From Candidatus Zhuqueibacterota bacterium (GTDB taxonomy: Bacteria > Zhuqueibacterota > Zhuqueibacteria > Thermofontimicrobiales > Thermofontimicrobiaceae): 64,000 nt of DNA. Below, in pieces: positions 19,601 to 28,049 of the stretch. The notes under the pieces are model-generated. The model had not been told where the DNA came from. It saw only the letters and a program-made list of their open reading frames with translations, and searched no databases. Each line of letters starts with the position of its first letter. Positions within the stretch are counted from its first letter, which is position 1. The position numbers were made by a program, and so were the translations under genes. The DNA lies in NCBI GenBank assembly GCA_049322915.1, contig JBMOPW010000014.1, positions 637,527 through 701,526 of the forward strand, in the 5' to 3' direction.

Positions 19601-19729
19601 CACCTGGATTTCGTTGTGAAGCCCCTGTTTCTGCAACTCCTGTTCTAACGCTGCTTTAATTTTGAAGGAACCATTGGAAACACAACCTGTACCGGCGCAA
19701 ACCAATAAATGTGCTCGATATTGTTTCAA
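16664..19729 (-). CDS. NuoF/HydB-like NADH:FMN subunit fused to GltD-like FAD/NADPH oxidoreductase
   Basis: N-terminal 2Fe-2S (CAGTGC..GCNGFC), GRGGAGFP, NADEGDPGAFMDR, GAGAFVCGEET, ESCGKCFTC..CGLG; then PCQNSCP..CGRVCDHPC, GGGPAG, GGGNTA..YRR, FAGGD, EAQRCLRC. Confidence 0.92.
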   Translation of the reverse strand: MKQYRAHLLVCAGTGCVSNGSFKIKAALEQELQKQGLHNEIQVITTGCNGFCERGPIVVVQPEGIFYQQLKVENIPHLVEEHFKKGRPVKEFMYVPPEKEEPVPTMNDIEFFKHQRLIVLKNRGRIDPEIIDEYIAFGGYDALAKALTEFKPDELIAAIKASGLRGRGGAGFPTGLKWELCRKSRGSEKYVVCNADEGDPGAFMDRSILESDPHAVLEGMIIGAYAIGASEGYVYVRDEYPLAVKRVNLAIKQAEEYGLLGDDILGSGFSFRLKVVRGAGAFVCGEETALLASIQGRVGEPKQRPPYPIQRGLWGQPTNINNVETWANVPNIITRGAEWFASLGTEKSKGTKIFSLVGKINNTGLVEVPMGIPLGDIIFNIGGGIPGGKKFKAVQTGGPSGGCLPIEMLNLPVDYEKLAEAGSIMGSGGMVVMDEDTCMVDVARYFLTFLLDESCGKCFTCRKGIQRMLELVTDITEGRGTLEKLALLEELAHVVADTTQCGLGQTASNPVLSTLRYFRHEYIEHIVEKKCSASVCRNLYISPCQNSCPAGTNAPAYIAYTAAGRFEDALLEILNTNPFPSVCGRVCDHPCQFKCRRNQIDGPVAIRALKRFAGDHLTEKGQFPKIPIPKTKLPHHIGVIGGGPAGLSAAYFLARLGYQVTVFEAHEVAGGMMAEAIPASRLPNSVLQREIDAIKDMGVDIKLNTKIGVDIPFKTLMNDGYDAFFVAVGMYGDRSLGVDGENLLGVYQGVDFLRDIKIGKKPYIKDMRVVVVGGGNTAVDAARTCIRMGARNVTIVYRRTREEMPAFKDEIDDGIEEGARLEILSAPVQILGDGQKVTGIQCIRMDLDIFGKDGRRKPIPRKGSEFMLDADIIIPAIGEFADVEQLFAGLEVETWEDGTIKISKTGQTSIPNVFAGGDVTTGPATVIKAVAAGQHIAESIDQFLTKGERVYPWRIHKPADVAFDIDADPVDYPMVVPDKLPLKDRVQNFAEVEQVYSKEMAMKEAQRCLRCELEVALLKQE

Positions 19730-19761
19730 GTTATTCTCCCTGTTAATATGAGGTTAGGTCG

Positions 19762-20145
19762 CTAAAAGGTTCGCTCACTTCCTATCGCCAAGGCGTATTT
19801 GGTGACAATGTTGCCGCCCAAAATATGTTCGCTCAAGATGGTTTTAATTTTTTCGCGGGTCAACTCCACGTATTTGACCGGCGGTTTGCCGGGAATTTCC
19901 ACCGTCACCATCGGTTCCTTGCTGCACAGTCCGGCGCAGCCTGATGTGGTGACAATGACATCCGTGATATGGCGCGATTCAAGTTCACCCATCAATGCTT
20001 CCATAATATCGCGAGCCCCGGAGGCAATGCCACACGTTCCCATGTGCACAATCACTTTCGCTCTCCCCGCTCCTTCACGAAGCACGACAGTTCCCCGGGC
20101 TTTTTCCCGGATGTTTTTCAAATCTTCAAGGGTGAGTTTAGGCAT
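19762..20145 (-). CDS. Thioredoxin-like [2Fe-2S] ferredoxin (HndB/HydD-like)
   Basis: VHMGTCGIASGAR...SGCAGLCSKEP motif, 127 aa. Confidence 0.85.
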   Translation of the reverse strand: MPKLTLEDLKNIREKARGTVVLREGAGRAKVIVHMGTCGIASGARDIMEALMGELESRHITDVIVTTSGCAGLCSKEPMVTVEIPGKPPVKYVELTREKIKTILSEHILGGNIVTKYALAIGSERTF

Positions 20146-20210
20146 AGTGTATTCCTTTTCAATTATGATACATTAAATGGAATTATCTAAACAAGCACGT
20201 GTGACATGAC

Positions 20211-20693
20211 CTACTCGGCTTTTTCCTTCGCTCCATTATGATTGCTGTATTGATCCAGAATGGCATTGACCTTCTGGGGTCGGGTATTGCCGTGATAGGT
20301 TTCGTCGACCACAACGATGGGACCCAGGGCGCAGGCGCCGAGACAGTTGACTGTCTTCAACGTGAATAACCGGTCGTCTGTGGTTTCGCCGGCCACAATG
20401 TCCAATTTCTTTTCCACCTTTTCGAGAACCCGATGTGCTCCGCGAACATGACATGCGGTTCCCAGACATACCTGCACCAGGTGCTTCCCCCGCGGCGTGA
20501 GGCTGAAGGAATTGTAAAACGAAGCGATGCCGAAAAGATCGATCAGGGGTATTTCCATTTTTTCCGAGATGTAGCGGAGTGAATCCTCAGGCAGGTAATT
20601 GTAAACTGCCTGAACATCCTGTAAAATAGCAATAATCCCGGAACGGTTTTTCCCATTTCGTTCTAAAATCTCGGCGATTGTCTCTTGTTCCAT
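20211..20693 (-). CDS. NuoE/HydC-like [2Fe-2S] subunit
   Basis: ASFY, VCLGTACHVRG, CLGAC..GP motifs. Confidence 0.92.
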   Translation of the reverse strand: MEQETIAEILERNGKNRSGIIAILQDVQAVYNYLPEDSLRYISEKMEIPLIDLFGIASFYNSFSLTPRGKHLVQVCLGTACHVRGAHRVLEKVEKKLDIVAGETTDDRLFTLKTVNCLGACALGPIVVVDETYHGNTRPQKVNAILDQYSNHNGAKEKAE

Positions 20694-21529
20694 ACGTTCA
20701 CTCCAGATTAAATTTGTATTTTATCTCAGTTACAATTTGCCAAAATAATCCAGCGAAGTGCGCGCTCCCCATTGCTTTTAACTGGCTGTATTTTCGACAC
20801 AGGCGGCAGTGCTCCTTCAATTCGCGCCGGGGAACGAATCTGAATTTCGCAGGGAGGTCACATCGATGGCCGTCGTCACGTCTCCGGCGCAGGAATCCAA
20901 ATGACCTTGCCGGCCAAATTCAGCAATTCTGGCCCGTGGGCCCAATGCTGAAGATGCATCCTTGCAATGCGCATTTTGCTGGAATATATCACATCTTCAA
21001 CAATGTATTTGGCCATAGATTTTCCCTCGTACATCTAATTGAGTTTCAGATCTCAAAAAAAACTGGTAAAATCATGTTTATCATGAGAAATATCGGATAA
21101 GACTGAACTGATGGAGAATTGGTAATATGAAGTGTGAAGCGCGAAATGGTAGCATAACACTGCTGGAATGATGAGCCTCTGCGGCGTGCACCCACGTGAG
21201 TCATTAAGTTTGTTAAAGACGCTAATACCAGATCTGTTGGGCATCATACTTGATTCAGTTCGATTATCGTTGGGTGAGGGTCGCAATCTTAACAGAATCA
21301 GATTGTATATTCAACAAATATTTATCTTAAACAAGAGTTGATTTTCGGGAGTGAATCGATTTTTCAAAATCAGCGCACCCCATCGGATTTTGGTAATGGC
21401 TGAATTTGCTTGTTCAAATTATGAATTTATTCTGTCTGGTAAAAGAATATTAGTTGAATTGGAGGCTCAACATACAAAATTATTTTCAAAGATGCAATAA
21501 CTATTTCGCTTGAAAAAAGAATTTCAACA

Positions 21530-22054
21530 TCATTTACTTTTTTGGAAAGCGCTCAGATCGACTTCGTGCCAGCCTTCGGCAAACGGCAATGGAGAAGGAC
21601 ACCAGAGAAGAATATTATAGCGGTTGGAAATTTTCTGTTGTAACTGCTGAAAGTGTTCGAAGCTGTTATCCGTATCAAATTCGTTTTTATCAAAATTTCG
21701 AATGAGCGGCTGAATGTACTTGATGTCGAAGATGATGTAACTGCCGTGGTCGACTCCAAAGATCACTTTGTTCCCTGTCGTTTCCACATCCCAGAACTGC
21801 ACCCTTTCCGCATCAAAATCATAGGTGCCCGGCCCGTCGCTGAGGCGGACCAATCCGACAAGTTCTCCGCAACCATTCGGAAATAAATGCTGGCTCAGCA
21901 GTTGAGCGGCAAGCTCCGGGGCGCTGAGGAAGTCGATGCCCGACGCTTCGATCGAGTTGGCCAGTTTCAAATAAGTCGGATCAATGATGATGAGAAAACC
22001 GGTTTCAGAAAAAATTTTCATAGAAACCTCCAAATTTATTGGACTGCTTTCCAT
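21530..22054 (-). CDS. Hypothetical protein
   Basis: 174-aa ORF with protein-like composition; no recognisable motif; start uncertain (a GGAGG-preceded ATG at 22021 is plausible). Confidence 0.55.
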   Translation of the reverse strand: MESSPINLEVSMKIFSETGFLIIIDPTYLKLANSIEASGIDFLSAPELAAQLLSQHLFPNGCGELVGLVRLSDGPGTYDFDAERVQFWDVETTGNKVIFGVDHGSYIIFDIKYIQPLIRNFDKNEFDTDNSFEHFQQLQQKISNRYNILLWCPSPLPFAEGWHEVDLSAFQKSK

Positions 22055-22420
22055 GTTTTAGTGTATCTGTAACGATGGACTGGATGTTTTAACGGTCAAT
22101 CGCAGGCTCGCATCGCACAGGCAGATAGCCTGATGATTGTCTGCAACGGCTCTCTGCAAACAGCACCCATTTCAATGGACGGAGTTGCCTGGTATTTCCC
22201 CATTGATGCCGCCCGGCGCTTCGATACAATAGGGAGTCCCAGTGACTTGTGAATTTAAAGAGTGTCTGTCCGAAAACACCTGAATTTGCTATGGGGCTGA
22301 TATTTTCAAACTTCATTACTTTAGACCTCATTCCCTAATACCCTCCTTTACCCTGCCGGCAAGAAGGGGAACATCTGTACACCCTCTCCTTCCAGGCTCA
22401 TCCTTGCCCATATCTTTTCT

Positions 22421-22634
22421 AACGCAGAGGTCGCATAGACCGCAGAGGTGCGCAGAGTTTTGGTGTTGAAAAAAAGCTGTTTGCAAACTTATGAAACCAG
22501 GTATTTTCCTGGTTATTTTGGTCTTCTGTTGCTTTTGATGAACATGATTTTCATTGTTTGATTGAAAATTTTAAAATCGCTCAGGTCAATTTAAAGCTGG
22601 TCATTTCTCTGCGCCCTTCGCGACCTCTGCATTT
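22421..22634. repeat. CGCAGAG-type tandem/inverted repeat element
   Basis: AACGCAGAGGTCGCATAGACCGCAGAGGTGCGCAGAG at left; CTCTGCGCCCTTCGCGACCTCTGC at right. Confidence 0.65.
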
Positions 22635-22649
22635 CATTTGATTTGTTAA

Positions 22650-22749
22650 CCCTACTACGTCACATAGATTTTTTATCGTTGTATATTGTATTTTTGATAG
22701 ATGAAAAACTCAACATATTGTGATAAATTTACTAAATGACGTTGTAGGG
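22650..22749. mobile_element. 100-bp MITE with 18-bp TIRs flanked by TTAA
   Basis: TTAA|CCCTACTACGTCACATAG ... CTAAATGACGTTGTAGGG|TTAA (15/18 match). Confidence 0.75.
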
Positions 22750-22846
22750 TTAATATCCCCCAACTTATGGGTAAGGATTAGCCTTTAGGACAGGGTTGGG
22801 GTGATGTCAATAATAGCAGTTTTCGGACAGACTCTAAATAGCGAGG

Positions 22847-24046
22847 TTAATCGACGATATCATATTTCACAATCTGACCGATACTGGTTGTCATGTTCGG
22901 CCAGATTTTCCGGCCGGGATACACGGAAGTGTGGATCCCGGTTCGCACGCCGTCGCCAATGGCGGTGCCGAACTTCCTGAGCCGCGTATCAACGAGTGCG
23001 CCTTTGACGGCGGAGCGCACATTCGCCCCGTCGTGGCGCACATTCGCCGAGATGAACCCTGCTCCCAGATTGACTCTCTCGCCGATCACGGAATCGCCCA
23101 CATAGCTGAGATGGCAGATGTTGGTCCTGTCAAAAATGACGGAGTTTTTTATTTCCACACTGTGCCCGATGACGCAGTGGTCGCCGATAGAGGTGCAGCC
23201 CCGAATGTAGCAATTGGGCCCGATGCGGCAGTCCGAGCCGATGAACACCGGGCCTTCGATATACGCCCCGGACTTGACGATGGTATTCGCACCGATGCGC
23301 ACAGTTCCCCTGAGCATCACGTTCGCCTCCACCTGTCCCAGGATGCTGCTTTCGGTCTCGCGCTTCATAAAAAATTCCTGGGAGTTGAGCAATTCCCAGG
23401 GATAGCCGTTCGCCAGCCAGAAGCCGGTGAGCGGCTCGACAAAAAACGGCTCTTTCCTGGCGCAGTCGAGTATGGAACTGGTGATTTCGATCTCGCCGCG
23501 TTCGCTGAGCGGTGTGGTTTTGATGTATTCGAAAAACGCCTTGTCGAACATGTAACAGCCGACGTTCGTGAGATTGCCGATGAATTGTTTCGGCTTTTCC
23601 ACGAGGTTCAACACGCGGTTTTGCTCGTCCACCTGGTACACGCCATACTGGGATGGATCTTCTTCAAAGCGAACCAGGGCAGCGTATTTGAATTTGACCA
23701 GCTTTTTCATATCCTCGTGCGCGTAAATATCATCACCGTTCAGAGCGATGAAGCGGTCTTTGATGAAAGGCTCAGTCTGCAGAATGGCATGGCCGGTTCC
23801 CAATTGCTCCTTCTGCTCGCAATAGGTGATTTTTATCGAACGCCACTGGCTGCCCAATCGCTCTTTGATCATCTCCTGCCGATAGCCGACAATCAAAATG
23901 ACCTCATCGACGAGCCCCTCCAGATTTTCCAGATTGTACTCGATAATGGTTTTATTCCCGATGGCCAACAGCGGCTTGGGTCGGGTGAGCGTGAGCGGAT
24001 AGGTACGCGTACTTTTCCCCGCCACTAACATCACTGCCTGCATCAT
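22847..24046 (-). CDS. Bifunctional sugar-1-phosphate nucleotidylyltransferase/acetyltransferase (archaeal GlmU-like)
   Basis: LVAGKSTRTYPLT..RPKPLL, QLGTGHA, NGD, SERGEIEIT; hexapeptide repeats; HLSYVGDS..NLGAG..RKFG. Confidence 0.85.
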   Translation of the reverse strand: MMQAVMLVAGKSTRTYPLTLTRPKPLLAIGNKTIIEYNLENLEGLVDEVILIVGYRQEMIKERLGSQWRSIKITYCEQKEQLGTGHAILQTEPFIKDRFIALNGDDIYAHEDMKKLVKFKYAALVRFEEDPSQYGVYQVDEQNRVLNLVEKPKQFIGNLTNVGCYMFDKAFFEYIKTTPLSERGEIEITSSILDCARKEPFFVEPLTGFWLANGYPWELLNSQEFFMKRETESSILGQVEANVMLRGTVRIGANTIVKSGAYIEGPVFIGSDCRIGPNCYIRGCTSIGDHCVIGHSVEIKNSVIFDRTNICHLSYVGDSVIGERVNLGAGFISANVRHDGANVRSAVKGALVDTRLRKFGTAIGDGVRTGIHTSVYPGRKIWPNMTTSIGQIVKYDIVD

Positions 24047-24185
24047 ACGTGCTCCTCTTTCGCGTTATAATTTTCTATTCATGAAATTGTAAAGGACAGA
24101 CCATACTGAAGCAATGCGCTGGTTTAAAATTGTACCAACACCACGATGTATCGTTGTGTTCAAAAATTGATACTTTTATGTTTAT

Positions 24186-24213
24186 GTAGTGGACGGTCGC
24201 GACCGTTCACTAC
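24186..24213. repeat. GTAG-type REP-like palindrome
   Basis: GTAGTGGACGGTCGCGACCGTTCACTAC, near-perfect palindrome starting GTAG and ending CTAC. Confidence 0.7.
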
Positions 24214-24441
24214 GCGCATGTCCAATAATAATGAAGGCGCAAAATATTAACTGGTCATTCAAATTACAAATGAAATGATTCTAACCTTGAACCCGGAACT
24301 CGAACCAGCCAACCTGGGTAGATACAAAAATACAAGAAAAATTATCAGAGTCAAGTCTATTTTCAGTTATGTTGAAAAATTCACCTTGACTTTCAAAAAA
24401 TATTTTTTTAGTATACTCTCGATTAGCGCATGGAGGAAAAG

Positions 24442-25305
24442 ATGAAATGGACATCCCGCATTTTTGTGTGTTGGCTCACCATTCTGGTTGGTTCAGGATT
24501 GGCACAGACAACTGAGCCGGATGAACGGGGATACATTGTTCAGGTCGGGCAGTCAGTTGAAAATTTTGAAGTGAAGCTCATCGATGGACAGGTGAAGAAA
24601 TTATCGGAGTTCAACGCGCCGGTGCTGGTGCTCAATTTCTTCGCATCATGGTGTGTGGTCTGCCGCAATGAAATTCCCCATCTTGAAAAGGAAGTCTGGC
24701 AGGCCATGAAGGAAAAAGGGCTGGTCATCCTCGGCGTCGATTACAAAGAAGCGCCGGCTGTCGCGGATAAATTTGCGAAGGAGATGCACATCACCTATCC
24801 GGTGGCGCTGGACACCACTGGCTCGATTTTCGAGCGATTCGCGCGGGGCGGCGTCACCCGAAATATTGTGCTGGACAGGAATTGCACCATCATCTTTCTG
24901 ACGCGGTTGTTCGACCCGGCGGAATTCAACGCCATGAAAAAAACGATCGGATTGGAATTGCAGAAAAATCCGCAATCGACACTCACCCCACCGGAGGTTC
25001 GGGAAAAGATGGATTCGCTATATTTAACCGATCTGGCAAAATCGGGGAAACGGATTGCGCTGGAATACCAGGGCGCGCATCCGCTTCATCTGGAAGGATC
25101 GATCAACGCCGTCGGCTGGAGAAAAATGGACGTGGGGATTTCATTGTTCAAAGGCGATGTCGTTTCCAGGCATTACGACAAAAAGACCCGGACGCTGCGC
25201 ATTGGCTACCGCCATTTCAGCGGCGTGCGCATCGCCATTTTACCCATGACGTCGTTCTCTGTGCCCAAGGGCATTGAGAGGATTGTGATTTTCGATGAAA
25301 AGTGA
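24442..25305 (+). CDS. Secreted TlpA-family thiol-disulfide oxidoreductase with extra C-terminal domain
   Basis: Signal peptide; LNFFASWCVVCRNEIP; YPVALD; ~100-aa unknown C-terminal extension. Confidence 0.8.
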   Translation: MKWTSRIFVCWLTILVGSGLAQTTEPDERGYIVQVGQSVENFEVKLIDGQVKKLSEFNAPVLVLNFFASWCVVCRNEIPHLEKEVWQAMKEKGLVILGVDYKEAPAVADKFAKEMHITYPVALDTTGSIFERFARGGVTRNIVLDRNCTIIFLTRLFDPAEFNAMKKTIGLELQKNPQSTLTPPEVREKMDSLYLTDLAKSGKRIALEYQGAHPLHLEGSINAVGWRKMDVGISLFKGDVVSRHYDKKTRTLRIGYRHFSGVRIAILPMTSFSVPKGIERIVIFDEK

Positions 25306-25433
25306 GGGGCGTATCCGATCTCCGATTGAGTAAAATCAAACCCGGGACGTTGCGCCCAACAATACCTTTCCGCGCTGACCTGAAGCACACCTGATTGAAT
25401 GCCTGACCGGGCCATGAATCGATCTGCCGGGAA

Positions 25434-25904
25434 TTAATACCGCAATGTCGCTTTGCACCGCTGGGATTTCAGCAGCAGATCGAGTCCGGACAGAATATGC
25501 GTCACAACGATATCCGCTGCAGCAATGGCTCTGGCGGCGCAACCCTCGCCTTCGATCACAGCGATGCCCACGCGCGCCGTCTCCAGCATGCCGCGATCGT
25601 TGTTGCCATTGCCAATCGCCGCAACCGTGCGCCGACCCAGGCCGGCCACGTATTGAGTTTTTTGCACGTCCTCATTGCCTTCGGATAAAATGTGGAGCTG
25701 CACCGGCAGATCGGCGAGCTGCGAGGCTGCCCGTCCAAATGTGTCAGCGGTGATGACGTGCACCGTGGCCAGATTCGCCAACTGCATCAACCGCTCTTTC
25801 ACTCCGTCGATTAAAAAGCCATCAATGGCCAGTGTGCCATTGTAATCTGAAACGATGTGCGCAAGCTCCGTATCGCCAAAGCCGGGGATAGTTATTTTTA
25901 TCAT
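25434..25904 (-). CDS. HAD-family hydrolase (soluble P-type ATPase-like)
   Basis: DYNGTLA, TADTFG, GNGNND motifs. Confidence 0.85.
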   Translation of the reverse strand: MIKITIPGFGDTELAHIVSDYNGTLAIDGFLIDGVKERLMQLANLATVHVITADTFGRAASQLADLPVQLHILSEGNEDVQKTQYVAGLGRRTVAAIGNGNNDRGMLETARVGIAVIEGEGCAARAIAAADIVVTHILSGLDLLLKSQRCKATLRY

Positions 25905-26159
25905 TGGACACACCCTTAATTTTTCTTCCATCATTTCACAAACTGCCCGATTGAATCGCTCCTAATTTACAATGCATTGCTGCCAATTTCAAGGAGAAAA
26001 TTCAGCGCGGCATTGCCTGGCCGAAATTTCACCCGTTGAAAAAATGGATTTGAGAGAATGGCTCAGGCTTGCCTCCGGGCCAGAACGATGGCATGAGTGT
26101 GCTTCATGCAGAGTTACTTTGCCATGAGATGAGAATTTTTCCCGGGTCGGCGCATATTT

Positions 26160-26184
26160 ATACTTGACTATTATGGTAGAGTAT
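26160..26184 (+). promoter_or_regulatory. IscR type-1-like operator overlapping the -35 of the Rrf2-iscS operon
   Basis: ATACTTGACTATTATGGTAGAGTAT resembles the ATAsyyGACTrwwwyAGTCrrsTAT palindrome; lies directly upstream of the Rrf2 gene. Confidence 0.6.
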
Positions 26185-26225
26185 GGTATATTGGGTCGCT
26201 TCCAACCAAAGAGGAGTGACATCCA

Positions 26226-26669
26226 TTGAAATTATCAGCCAGAGGAAATTACGGAATGCGCGCTGCGTTCGAGTTAGCGCGGCACTACGGCAAAGGGCCC
26301 TTGCCGGTGAAATTGATTTCAGAGCGGCAGGATATCCCGCTCAAGTACCTGGAACAATTGCTGTTTCAGTTGAAGAAAGGCGGGATTATCAAGAGCGTCC
26401 GCGGTCCGGCCGGCGGATATGTGCTGACGCGCAGTCCTGATAATTTCAGCATCGGCGATGTAATAAAAATATTGGAAGGACCGCTGCACATGTCTGGCTG
26501 CGTGGTGAGTGGAGACGGACGCCATTGTCAGCGTTATGAAAGCTGCGTTTCGAAAATACTTTGGTCGAAAATTGAAAAGAGAATTGATCTCGTCCTGAGC
26601 GAGATTTCACTCGAGGATCTATCTGCATTTGGTGAAGAGAGTGCTTCTGAACCGAAGTTCCAGGATTGA
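26226..26669 (+). CDS. Rrf2-family transcriptional regulator (IscR-like, three Cys)
   Basis: YLEQL..LKK.G...SVRGPAGGY; C-x8-C-x5-C; precedes iscS. Confidence 0.9.
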   Translation: MKLSARGNYGMRAAFELARHYGKGPLPVKLISERQDIPLKYLEQLLFQLKKGGIIKSVRGPAGGYVLTRSPDNFSIGDVIKILEGPLHMSGCVVSGDGRHCQRYESCVSKILWSKIEKRIDLVLSEISLEDLSAFGEESASEPKFQD

Positions 26670-26766
26670 TCCGTGAGGCAAATGCTTCGATTGAGCCAAA
26701 TGGCGCGCGTATTTGATTCGAAATAATGTAAGTCAATTGATGATAAAGGTGAAAAGGAGTCGGTAA

Positions 26767-27921
26767 ATGAGAAAAGTGTATTTTGACCACAGTGCAACTA
26801 CAGCCGTGGACCCAGAGGTTGTGGAGGCGATGATCCCGTTCATGAGTGAAAAATTTGGGAATCCATCCAGCATTCATTCATTCGGGCGGGAAGTGAAAGT
26901 TGCGCTGGAGGAAGCCCGCGAAACAATTGCAGGCTTTTTGAATGTGCGCGCCGCAGATATTTATTTCAACAGTGGGGGCACTGAATCCGACAACATGGCA
27001 ATTCAAGGTACGGCCTATCAACTGAAATCCAAAGGAAAGCATATCATCACCTCCAAAGTGGAGCACCATGCTGTGCTTCATACCTGCCAGGCGCTGGAAA
27101 ACGAGGGGTTCGAGGTGACGTACCTCGCGCCTGATAAATACGGAATGATTCATGCAGAATCGGTCGCCGAGGCGATTCGGAAGGATACGATTTTAATTTC
27201 AATCATGCACGCCAATAACGAAGTCGGCACGGTGAATCCCATCGAAAAAATTGGTGGAATCGCCCGTCAACATGACATATTATTCCACTGCGACGCGGTT
27301 CAATCTTTCGGAAAAATTCCAATCGATCTGTCCAGGCTGCCGATTGATCTTCTCTCAGCTTCCGGCCACAAAATCTATGGGCCGAAAGGCGTCGGGATTT
27401 TGTACATCAAAAAAGGCGTGCGGTTGGAGAAGCTCATGTTTGGCGGCGAGCACGAACGAAGCCGACGCCCGGGAACGGAGAACATCCCCGGCATCATTGG
27501 CCTGGCAAAAGCGGTGGAGATGCGTCGTGCACGGATGAAAACCGATTCGAAACATGTGAAGAAGCTGCGCGATATGCTTTATGAAAAAATTATGGAAAAG
27601 CTGCCGCGCGTCTTTCTCAATGGGCATACAGAAGAGCGATTGTACAGTCATCTGAATGTTTCATTTCAGGGAATCGAAGGCGAAGCCTTGCTATTGAGCC
27701 TGGATTTGAAAGGTGTGGCTGCATCGAGCGGTTCTGCCTGCACATCAGGCAGTATCGATCCGTCGCATGTATTGTCCGCCATGGGCATAAAACCGGAATT
27801 GGCCCAGTCGTCCATCCGATTCACCCTGGGGAAAGACAACAGCCAGGAGGATGTGGAATACACGATGGAGGTCCTGCCGGAAATCGTACAGCGGCTGAGA
27901 AGCATGTCCCCCATTGAATAA
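26767..27921 (+). CDS. iscS: Cysteine desulfurase (IscS/NifS class I)
   Basis: YFDHSATT, GNPSS, SGGTES, SGHKIYGPKG, SSGSACTSG. Confidence 0.93.
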   Translation: MRKVYFDHSATTAVDPEVVEAMIPFMSEKFGNPSSIHSFGREVKVALEEARETIAGFLNVRAADIYFNSGGTESDNMAIQGTAYQLKSKGKHIITSKVEHHAVLHTCQALENEGFEVTYLAPDKYGMIHAESVAEAIRKDTILISIMHANNEVGTVNPIEKIGGIARQHDILFHCDAVQSFGKIPIDLSRLPIDLLSASGHKIYGPKGVGILYIKKGVRLEKLMFGGEHERSRRPGTENIPGIIGLAKAVEMRRARMKTDSKHVKKLRDMLYEKIMEKLPRVFLNGHTEERLYSHLNVSFQGIEGEALLLSLDLKGVAASSGSACTSGSIDPSHVLSAMGIKPELAQSSIRFTLGKDNSQEDVEYTMEVLPEIVQRLRSMSPIE

Positions 27922-27960
27922 TTTTGCAGAACACCCCAAAATCTGAAATAAAAAAAGGAG

Positions 27961-28005
27961 TGCATCGCCCTGGTGCGATATACTGCGATGCATAGGGCAT
28001 CGCAC
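27961..28005. repeat. TGCATCG/TGCGATGCA palindromic repeat (related copy at 47689-47727)
   Basis: TGCATCGCCCTGGTGCGATATACTGCGATGCATAGGGCATCGCAC aligns with TGCATCGTCTTTATGCGATGCCTGCGATGCATAAAGGCA. Confidence 0.55.
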
Positions 28006-28049
28006 GCCTCCGGTCAGGCAGCCATGATTGATCAAAGATTGAGTGTGTT

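Larger units (their letters stand above)
22261..22835. mobile_element. Non-coding element bounded by 17-bp terminal inverted repeats, containing nested repeats
   Basis: AGTGTCTGTCCGAAAAC (22261-22277) vs GTTTTCGGACAGACTCT (22819-22835), 16/17 match. Confidence 0.65.

Noticed and set aside
15693..20693. Respiratory complex I or [FeFe]-hydrogenase operon
   Set aside because: No membrane Nuo subunits, no H-cluster motifs and no maturases
22931..24028. 365-aa plus-strand ORF
   Set aside because: Fully antisense to the GlmU-like gene
6464..25305. Selenocysteine recoding in redox proteins
   Set aside because: All redox Cys motifs are complete with Cys codons; no in-frame TGA truncation evident
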